Origin: Flavobacteriaceae bacterium
GTDB lineage: Bacteria > Bacteroidota > Bacteroidia > Flavobacteriales > Flavobacteriaceae
Length of the DNA stretch: 32,000 nucleotides
Direction: 5' to 3'
Assembly (NCBI GenBank): GCA_965224465.1
Contig: OZ245049.1
Coordinates: forward strand, 3,780,001 to 3,812,000
Below are positions 24,947 to 32,000 of the stretch, piece by piece. Within the stretch, counting starts at the first letter, position 1. Every line of letters begins with the position of its first letter. The notes under the pieces were generated by a model. The model ran no database searches. It was not told the DNA's origin and saw only the letters and a list, made by a program, of their open reading frames with translations. The translations under genes were made by a program, and so were the position numbers.

Positions 24947-26023
24947 ATGAAAATTATTAAATTTTGTAACCGATTACTATTGATATTTACATTAGTGGCT
25001 TGCTCACAAACAAAAAGTAAGCTAAAAATAAAAAACGATCTTAAAATTATGAAAATAGATAGCTATATTTCTAACCTTATAAAAAATGTGGAGCACTTTG
25101 GTGAGGAAAAAACATTTAATCTCGATGTGTGGGTAACAAAATCGAACTATAAAATACAAATAAATGATTTGCCAGTAGAAGAATGTTTTGACTATGAAAA
25201 TAATCAACATATTTTCCGAAGTTATCAAAGTGTTAATAGTGTTCTTAAAATAGGTAGTAAACAAAAAGTGTCTTTTAAAATATGGCCACTAGATAGAAAG
25301 ACCTTTCTAAGTACTGACAAGATTAAAATAACAATAGAGGAAATAGATCAAACAGGTGAATTAAGTGATTTTTTTATTTATAATCCTCCAATGTTAGATG
25401 ATGGGGAAACCCCAGAATATGTTGGCAAAGAAAGTTATTCGGGTAGTTTTGAATTTGAAGCAACTTTACCTTATAAAAAAGAAGTTGATTGGTTTAAATC
25501 CGAAGATTTAAGGAATTCACCAAATATTCAACAGGAAGTACTAGTAGCATACAAAGAAATAGGGCGGTTGTATGAAAGTGGGGATTTTGAAACTCTGTTA
25601 CAACTATATGATCCCATATTTAAAACTGAGGCACAATCCACTTTTGCTACTAAAGAAAGATTAGACTATTTAAATGTTCCTGACAGGATTTACCCTTTTT
25701 TATATAAATCGAAAGTTGTATTAGACCCCAATTATGAAATAAAATTTTATGCTGACGGAACATTAGTAGCTTTGAAAACGAAAACTTCTGAACGGAATTA
25801 TTCTAAATCACCATTAACGATTAGATATGATAAAGATTTTGATCTTTTGCCAGAGAGTGCAAATGTAAATTCTAAAGAATTAAAACTTAATCTCAGTGGT
25901 ACGATTCCTAAAAAAGAAATGGAATTATACTTATTCTTCTATAAACCAAAAGGATCAAATACCTTAAAATTAGCTACAGATGTTTTTAGAGAGGAAGAAT
26001 TATTAAATCCAATAGAAGATTAA
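24947..26023 (+). CDS. Array lipoprotein L6 (type A, divergent)
   Basis: ATG at 24947 (the ORF track starts at TTG 24941). MKIIKFCNRLLLIFTLVACSQTK is a lipobox. It diverges from type B through most of its length, but the last ~110 nt match the L4 3' end with no differences seen. Confidence 0.85.
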   Translation: MKIIKFCNRLLLIFTLVACSQTKSKLKIKNDLKIMKIDSYISNLIKNVEHFGEEKTFNLDVWVTKSNYKIQINDLPVEECFDYENNQHIFRSYQSVNSVLKIGSKQKVSFKIWPLDRKTFLSTDKIKITIEEIDQTGELSDFFIYNPPMLDDGETPEYVGKESYSGSFEFEATLPYKKEVDWFKSEDLRNSPNIQQEVLVAYKEIGRLYESGDFETLLQLYDPIFKTEAQSTFATKERLDYLNVPDRIYPFLYKSKVVLDPNYEIKFYADGTLVALKTKTSERNYSKSPLTIRYDKDFDLLPESANVNSKELKLNLSGTIPKKEMELYLFFYKPKGSNTLKLATDVFREEELLNPIED

Positions 26024-27120
26024 TGAGATTAGGTAAATACATATTTCAGCATATAAAGATCGTTTTTGTGATGAGTCTTGTTTTTTGCACCGCTTGTTCA
26101 CAAACAAAAAATCAAAAAAAACTAGATGAAATGGCTATTAAAATAGACACTTATATAAATACCATATTAAAAAATGTAAAACACTACCCAGAAGAACCTG
26201 TTTATTTAGTAGACCTCTCTTCTTCATCAGGATATTACGAAATTAAAATAAATGATGTTATAATTGATCAACATTATTTTTCAAAAGATTACCCTACCAC
26301 AATCAGAACTTATAGCAGTATCAACAATGCTCTTAATAAAGAAGGCAAGCAAAAAGTAACGTTTACTCTATTTCCTGCAGAAGATAAAACATTTAAATCT
26401 AATAGTTGGGTTGAAATATCTATAGAAACTATAAATCAATTTAGAGAAACAAAAGAAATTTTCACTTATGAACCTCCTATGAAATCTGATGGAGAAACCT
26501 CTGAACATATTGGTTTAGAAAGTTATTCGGGAAGCTTTGAGTTTGAAGCAAAATTACCTTATAAAAAACAAATAGATTGGTCTGAGTCTAAAAGCCTAAA
26601 AGAACAAAAAAACATAGAACAAGAAGTGCTAGAGGCGTATAAAGAAGTAATGAGATTATATGCAGAAGGAGATATAGACAGTTTATTAGAACTCTATAAA
26701 CCTATTTTTCAAGATGAGGCACAGTCTGTATATACTACTAAAGACAAAAAAGGTTGGGTAAATTACCGATTGAAATGGGAACGTTTACATCCATTTTTTT
26801 ATAAATCAAAACCTATATTAGATACTGATTATGAATTAAAATTTTATGCAGAGGGTAGATTAGTTACTTTAGAAAAGAAAAAAGATACTGCTTTAAGTTA
26901 TAACAAAAGTGCATTATCCATCATATACGATAAAGATTTTGATAAATTTACTGACAACTTATTTGTAAGTGCCAAAGATTTAATAATGTTTGGAGATGGT
27001 ACGATTCCGAAAAAAGAAATGGAATTATACTTATTCTTTTATAAACCAAAAGGATCAAATACTTTAAAATTAGCAACGGATATTTTTAGAAAAGAAAAAT
27101 TATTAAACGGAGAGGATTAA
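26023..27120 (+). CDS. Array lipoprotein L7 (type B)
   Basis: 365 aa. It has a unique N-terminal patch 'IIDQHYFSKDYPTTIRTY'; from ~aa 105 it is identical to L3 except the C-terminal 'FRKEKLLNGED'. Confidence 0.85.
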   Translation: MRLGKYIFQHIKIVFVMSLVFCTACSQTKNQKKLDEMAIKIDTYINTILKNVKHYPEEPVYLVDLSSSSGYYEIKINDVIIDQHYFSKDYPTTIRTYSSINNALNKEGKQKVTFTLFPAEDKTFKSNSWVEISIETINQFRETKEIFTYEPPMKSDGETSEHIGLESYSGSFEFEAKLPYKKQIDWSESKSLKEQKNIEQEVLEAYKEVMRLYAEGDIDSLLELYKPIFQDEAQSVYTTKDKKGWVNYRLKWERLHPFFYKSKPILDTDYELKFYAEGRLVTLEKKKDTALSYNKSALSIIYDKDFDKFTDNLFVSAKDLIMFGDGTIPKKEMELYLFFYKPKGSNTLKLATDIFRKEKLLNGED

Positions 27121-28220
27121 TGATATTTGGTAAACGTATATTTCAGCATATAAAAATCATTTTGGTAATGAGTCTTGTTTTTTGCACCGCATGTTCACAA
27201 ACAAAAAATCAAAAAAAACTAGATGAAATGGCTATCAAAATCGACACTTATATAAATACCATATTAAAAAACGTAAAACACTATCCAGAAGAACCTGTTT
27301 ATTTTATAAGTAGCCCAGGTCCATATAAATACTACGAAATTAAAATAAATGATATTATAGTTATACAAAATTATTTTTCAAAAGGTGATGCCCCTTCTTA
27401 TAGGAATTTTAGTAGTATCAACAATGCTCTTAATAAAAAGGGCAAGCAAAATTTAACGTTTACCCTATTTCCTTCAAAAGATAAAACGTTTCAGTCCAAT
27501 GATTGGGTTGAGTTATCGATAGAAACTATGGACCAATTTAGAGAAACAAAAGAAATTTTCACGTTTGAACCTCCTATGAAATCTGATGGAGAAACCTCGG
27601 AGCATATTGGTTTAGAAAGCTATTCGGGAAGCTTTGAGTTTGAAGCAAAATTACCTTATAAAAAACAAATAGATTGGTCTGAGTCTAAAAGCCTAAAAGA
27701 ACAAAAAAACATAGAACAAGAAGTGCTAGAGGCGTATAAAGAAGTAATGAGATTATATGCAGAAGGAGATATAGACAGTTTATTAGAACTCTATAAACCT
27801 ATTTTTCAAGATGAGGCACAGTCTGTATATACTACTAAAGACAAAAAAGGTTGGGTAAATTACCGATTGAAATGGGAACGTTTACATCCATTTTTTTATA
27901 AATCAAAACCTATATTAGATACTGATTATGAATTAAAATTTTATGCAGAGGGTAGATTAGTTACTTTAGAAAAGAAAAAAGATACTGCTTTAAGTTATAA
28001 CAAAAGTGCATTATCCATCATATACGATAAAGATTTTGATAAATTTACTGACAACTTATTTGTAAGTGCCAAAGATTTAATAATGTTTGGAGATGGTACG
28101 ATTCCTAAAAAAGAAATGGAATTATACTTATTCTTTTATAAACCAAAAGGATCAAATACTTTAAAATTAGCTACAGATATTTTTAGAGAGGAAAAATTAT
28201 TAAATCCAATAGAAGATTAA
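27120..28220 (+). CDS. Array lipoprotein L8 (type B, chimera of an L4-like N-half and an L3-like C-half)
   Basis: 366 aa with the variant leader MIFGKRIFQHIKIILVM. Residues ~17-180 match L4/L9 and residues ~180-366 match L3. Confidence 0.85.
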   Translation: MIFGKRIFQHIKIILVMSLVFCTACSQTKNQKKLDEMAIKIDTYINTILKNVKHYPEEPVYFISSPGPYKYYEIKINDIIVIQNYFSKGDAPSYRNFSSINNALNKKGKQNLTFTLFPSKDKTFQSNDWVELSIETMDQFRETKEIFTFEPPMKSDGETSEHIGLESYSGSFEFEAKLPYKKQIDWSESKSLKEQKNIEQEVLEAYKEVMRLYAEGDIDSLLELYKPIFQDEAQSVYTTKDKKGWVNYRLKWERLHPFFYKSKPILDTDYELKFYAEGRLVTLEKKKDTALSYNKSALSIIYDKDFDKFTDNLFVSAKDLIMFGDGTIPKKEMELYLFFYKPKGSNTLKLATDIFREEKLLNPIED

Positions 28221-29320
28221 TGAGATTAGGTAAATACATATTTCAGCATATAAAGATCATTTTTTTGATGAGTCTTGTTTTTTGCACCGCATGTTCACAA
28301 ACAAAAAATCAAAAAAAACTAGATGAAATGGCTATCAAAATCGACACTTATATAAATACCATATTAAAAAACGTAAAACACTATCCAGAAGAACCTGTTT
28401 ATTTTATAAGTAGCCCAGGTCCATATAAATACTACGAAATTAAAATAAATGATATTATAGTTATACAAAATTATTTTTCAAAAGGTGATGCCCCTTCTTA
28501 TAGGAATTTTAGTAGTATCAACAATGCTCTTAATAAAAAGGGCAAGCAAAATTTAACGTTTACTCTATTCCCTTCAAAAGATAAAACGTTTCAGTCCAAT
28601 GATTGGGTTGAGTTATCGATAGAAACTATGGATCAATTTAGAGAAAGAAAAGAAATTTTCACGTTTGAACCTCCTATGAAATCTGATGGAGAAACCTCGG
28701 AGCATATTGGTTTAGAAAGCTATTCGGGAAGCTTTGAGTTTGAAGCAAAATTACCTTATAAAAAACAAATAGATTGGTCTGAGTCTAAAAGTTTAAAAGA
28801 TCAAAAAAATACAGAGCAAGAAGTGCTAGAGGCGTATAAAGAAGTAATGAGATTATATGCAGAAGGAGATTTAGACAGTTTGTTAGAACTCTACAAACCT
28901 ATTTTTCAAGATGAGGCGCAGTCTGTATATGCAACTAAAGAAAAAAAGAGTAGGCTAAGTTACCGATTAAACTGGGAACGTTTACATCCATTTTTTTATA
29001 AATCAAAACCTACATTAGATGCTGATTATGAATTAAAATTTTATGCAGAGGGTAGATTGGTTACTTTAGAAAAGAAAAAAAACACGGCTTTAAGTTGTAA
29101 CAAAAGTGCATTATCCATCATATACGATAAAGATTTTGATAAATTCCCTGATGGCCTTACTAGAGCAAATAGGGATGTAGTAATGTTTGAAGATGTTGCC
29201 ACTCCTAAAAAAGAAATGGAATTATACTTATTCTTCTATAAACCAAAAGGATCAAATACTTTAAAATTAGCTACAGATATTTTTAGAAAAGAAAAATTAT
29301 TAAATCCAATAGAAGATTAA
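28220..29320 (+). CDS. Array lipoprotein L9 (type B; near-duplicate of L4)
   Basis: 366 aa. No nucleotide differences from L4 seen over ~1.03 kb from the start (offset 5509 bp). Confidence 0.85.
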   Translation: MRLGKYIFQHIKIIFLMSLVFCTACSQTKNQKKLDEMAIKIDTYINTILKNVKHYPEEPVYFISSPGPYKYYEIKINDIIVIQNYFSKGDAPSYRNFSSINNALNKKGKQNLTFTLFPSKDKTFQSNDWVELSIETMDQFRERKEIFTFEPPMKSDGETSEHIGLESYSGSFEFEAKLPYKKQIDWSESKSLKDQKNTEQEVLEAYKEVMRLYAEGDLDSLLELYKPIFQDEAQSVYATKEKKSRLSYRLNWERLHPFFYKSKPTLDADYELKFYAEGRLVTLEKKKNTALSCNKSALSIIYDKDFDKFPDGLTRANRDVVMFEDVATPKKEMELYLFFYKPKGSNTLKLATDIFRKEKLLNPIED

Positions 29321-29770
29321 TGAGATTAGGTAAACACATATTTCAGCATATAAAGATCATTTTTGTGATGAGTCTTGTTTTTTGCACCGCTTGTGGGCAA
29401 ACAAAAAGTAAGCTAAAAATAAAAAACGATCTTAAAATTATGAAAATAGATAGCTATATTTCTAACCTTATAAAAAATGTGGAGCACTTTGGTGAGGAAA
29501 AAACATTTAATCTCGATGTGTGGGTAACAAAATCGAACTATAAAATACAAATAAATGATTTGCCAGTAGAAGAATGTTTTGACTATGAAAATAATCAACA
29601 TATTTTCCGAAGTTATCAAAGTGTTAATAGTGTTCTTAAAATAGGTAGTAAACAAAAAGTGTCTTTTAAAATATGGCCACTAGATAGAAAGACCTTTCTA
29701 AGTACTGACAAGATTAAAATAACAATAGAGGAAATAGATCAAACAGGTGAATTAAGTGGTTTTTTTATTT
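29320..29770 (+). pseudogene. Array lipoprotein L10, 5' part (type-B leader fused to a type-A body), interrupted by IS4 copy B
   Basis: MRLGKHIFQHIKIIFVMSLVFCTACGQTK|SKLKIKNDLKIMKIDSY..., with the crossover inside 'caaacaaaaa'. The body is near-identical to L6. The frame resumes at 31350. Confidence 0.8.
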
Positions 29771-31344
29771 ACTCAAGTTTCGCACTTAGATAGATTTACG
29801 CAACCTCTTGGCAATTAAGTTTATGGGTATTTACTAGAAATCCAAAATTCTCAATATTCACTATTATTTTACGTGTAATTAACTCAATATCAATAGATTC
29901 AATCATCTTTTCCAAAACATCAATCACCAAACTGACAACTGCTAATATCCTGATGTTTAGCTTATTCTCTATATAATCTTGTTTTAAATCTTTAAACAAC
30001 CCTCCTATTGTTTCGTAGGCTTCCATTCTATATCGAATACTGGTGAGTAAATATTGAACCATTATAATGCTTATTTGTGCGATTTGAATATCAAAATTAG
30101 TGGACTGACATTTTCCAAGACCAAACAACTGCTTAGCTTCTTTAAAAAACACTTCTATGGACCATCTGATACTGTATATTTCAATAGCCTTTACGAATTT
30201 CAGTGTTGTGTCAGTTGATATTAACGTATGCCATTTGCCATTCTTTCCACGTTTTGAAATAAATACAGCAACCTTAAGACCGTCAATTTCAGTTATGTAA
30301 TGATGGTAGTAATAATTGAATTTACGGCATCGTTTTGGTTTTATTTTCTGTTTTTTGAGTTGTGACAAGGTTTTAATCTTTGATTTAACTTCAATTTTAC
30401 TGTTGTATTTATACATTCCTATAATATGAGTTAAGCTACTAATGTCCCGTAACTTTCTAAGTAATTTAACACTTGTAAACCAACTGTCTATTAAGATGTA
30501 ATCTACAGGTACCTTACGTTTTATAAGCCTTGAGAACATTTGCACCAACAAGTCTGTTTTCTTTTTATTGAGTTCCTGATACCTTTTTGCTGCAATTGTT
30601 TTACTACATCTCGGCGTTTTCTTTTGAAGTCTACGTTGCTTTGCTGTTAGTCCGTATTTTAATTTTGATGTTTTACTTTCACGGTGTAAACTAAAATCAA
30701 CAGGAATAAATACACTTCCGTTCCAGTAACCAGCAACAAGTAGTTTATAACCTAGGTAATACGTTTTTGATACATGGTTGTATATTTTTGAAACACCTTC
30801 AATTGTCTTTCCTGTTTTAGAAAGATCAGTATCATCAAAGATCAAGCATCTTGTAGCATCTTTAGATGGAGTAAAGAACTCTTCTTTTAATAGATATTGC
30901 TTCACAAACTGAGCTAGAAAAACCCTCCAATTTATCTTTTGATTTGCTAGGATTCGATAGTATGAATCTTTACCAGACTGACCTAATCCTTTGTCTTTAT
31001 TGCTTGTAAGTCCATGAATAGAGTCAAATCCAATAATAGGTAAAATTAAAAGTGTAGAAATCAAATTACCGAATGAAATCCCCGATTTCTTACACCAACT
31101 AAACTTGTTTTTAATTTTATTGAATCCTAAAATATTTAGATGTGCTTGTAGGTATTCTGAACTAAGCCAAATCTTATTAAATTTTCCTTTTATCTCCTGT
31201 GTTTTTGTGATATCTTCGTGTTCTAGCATGTTTTGTACTTTCTTGTTCGTACTTAAAAGTACAATAAAACCAGGGGATTACCTTGGTTTTCATGCTATTT
31301 ATTTTCACTTAAACACCTGTAAATGATGGGTGCGAAACTTGAGT
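29771..31344 (-). mobile_element. IS4-family insertion sequence, copy B (1574 bp)
   Basis: Same terminal inverted repeats (29771..29785 and 31330..31344). TSD TATTT (29766..29770 and 31345..31349). The uninterrupted target can be read in L6 at 25381..25395 (tttttatttataatc). Confidence 0.9.
29796..31229 (-). CDS. IS4-family DDE transposase (copy B)
   Basis: 477 aa, differing from copy A at about 15 residues; same YREK motif. Confidence 0.85.
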   Translation of the reverse strand: MLEHEDITKTQEIKGKFNKIWLSSEYLQAHLNILGFNKIKNKFSWCKKSGISFGNLISTLLILPIIGFDSIHGLTSNKDKGLGQSGKDSYYRILANQKINWRVFLAQFVKQYLLKEEFFTPSKDATRCLIFDDTDLSKTGKTIEGVSKIYNHVSKTYYLGYKLLVAGYWNGSVFIPVDFSLHRESKTSKLKYGLTAKQRRLQKKTPRCSKTIAAKRYQELNKKKTDLLVQMFSRLIKRKVPVDYILIDSWFTSVKLLRKLRDISSLTHIIGMYKYNSKIEVKSKIKTLSQLKKQKIKPKRCRKFNYYYHHYITEIDGLKVAVFISKRGKNGKWHTLISTDTTLKFVKAIEIYSIRWSIEVFFKEAKQLFGLGKCQSTNFDIQIAQISIIMVQYLLTSIRYRMEAYETIGGLFKDLKQDYIENKLNIRILAVVSLVIDVLEKMIESIDIELITRKIIVNIENFGFLVNTHKLNCQEVA

Positions 31345-31349
31345 TATTT

Positions 31350-31993
31350 ATAATCCTCCAATGTTAGATGATGGGGAAACCCCAGAATATGTTGGCAAAG
31401 AAAGTTATTCGGGTAGTTTTGAATTTGAAGCAACTTTACCTTATAAAAAAGAAGTTGATTGGTTTAAATTCGAAGATTTAAGGAATTCACCAAATATTCA
31501 ACAGGAAGTACTAGTAGCATACAAAGAAATAGGGCGGTTGTATGAAAGTGGGGATTTTGAAACTCTGTTACAACTATATGATCCCATATTTAAAACTGAG
31601 GCACAATCCACTTTTGCTACTAAAGAAAGATTAGACTATTTAAATGTTCCTGACAGGATTCACCCTTTTTTATATAAATCGAAAGTTGTATTAGATCCTA
31701 ATTATGAAATAAAATTTTATGCTGACGGAACATTAGTAGCTTTGAAAACGAAAACTTCTGAACGGAATTATTCTAAATCACCATTAACGATTAGATATGA
31801 TAAAGATTTTGATCTTTTGCCAGAGAGTGCAAATGTAAATTCTAAAGAATTAAAACTTAATCTCAGTGGTACGATTCCGAAAAAAGAAATGGAATTATAC
31901 TTATTCTTCTATAAACCAAAAGGATCAAATACTTTAAAATTAGCTACAGATATTTTTAGAGAGGAAAAATTATTAAATCCAATAGAAGATTAA
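31350..31993 (+). pseudogene. Array lipoprotein L10, 3' part
   Basis: Codon T(29770)+AT(31350..31351) restores '...FFIYNPPMLDDGETPEY...' exactly as in L6. The frame is open to TAA at 31991..31993. Confidence 0.8.
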
Positions 31994-32000
31994 TGAGATT
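31993..32000 (+). CDS. Start of a further array lipoprotein (L11), truncated by the window end
   Basis: 'TAATGAGATT' is the same stop/start overlap and 'MRL...' leader as the other type-B units. Confidence 0.6.

Noticed and set aside
24069-25264. Minus-strand ORFs 24069..24299 and 25022..25264 (and 29413..29655) within the array
   Set aside because: They are antisense shadow ORFs of the lipoprotein genes. 25022 and 29413 are identical only because L6 and L10 are duplicates.
19435-32000. Strict ~1.1-kb periodicity could suggest a CRISPR array, satellite or assembly stutter
   Set aside because: Each unit is a full-length ORF with signal peptide, and units differ by discrete coding modules. 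The repeat length is far too long for CRISPR. Assembly collapse or expansion remains a caveat for the identical 1.6-kb segments only.

Overview
AT-rich (roughly 30% GC) accessory region that looks like a Bacteroidota/Flavobacteriia chromosome. The indications are Bacteroidetes-type ~130-aa Hcp/TssD, lipoproteins with short Cys lipoboxes, no Shine-Dalgarno-like spacing, and IS66/IS21/IS4 elements. The window has three parts.

(1) 1-11.7 kb: a polymorphic peptidoglycan-hydrolase effector locus. One full-length multidomain effector plus lipoprotein gene (229-2794) is followed by two or three 'orphan' toxin/lipoprotein cassettes. These re-use the same 45-72 bp junction encoding NIVHHFHPIAWVEQM. 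All orphans are degraded by IS elements: an IS4-family copy, a complete IS66 with an 8-bp duplication, and IS21 and IS66 debris.

(2) 12.1-19.4 kb: an auxiliary T6SS(iii)-type cargo module on one strand. It encodes hcp/tssD x2, vgrG, a 50-aa ORF, a 271-aa unknown, a DUF4280 (PAAR-like) protein and a 965-aa protein I could not assign to any family, the candidate effector. No sheath, baseplate or membrane-complex genes are present in the window.

(3) 19.4-32.0 kb: the most unusual feature. It is a head-to-tail array of at least 11 paralogous ~360-aa lipoprotein genes in ~1.1-kb units, mostly joined by a 1-nt TAATG stop/start overlap.
- The paralogs are mosaic: hypervariable patches sit on a conserved scaffold, with chimeric members and a ~1.6-kb apparently identical repeat.
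- A ~64-bp relic of a second effector 3' end lies inside the array.
- A second IS4 copy splits one member.

I interpret the array as an expanded, recombining immunity repertoire for the 965-aa cargo protein. That function is inference only. All family assignments are motif recognition by eye; no searches were run.
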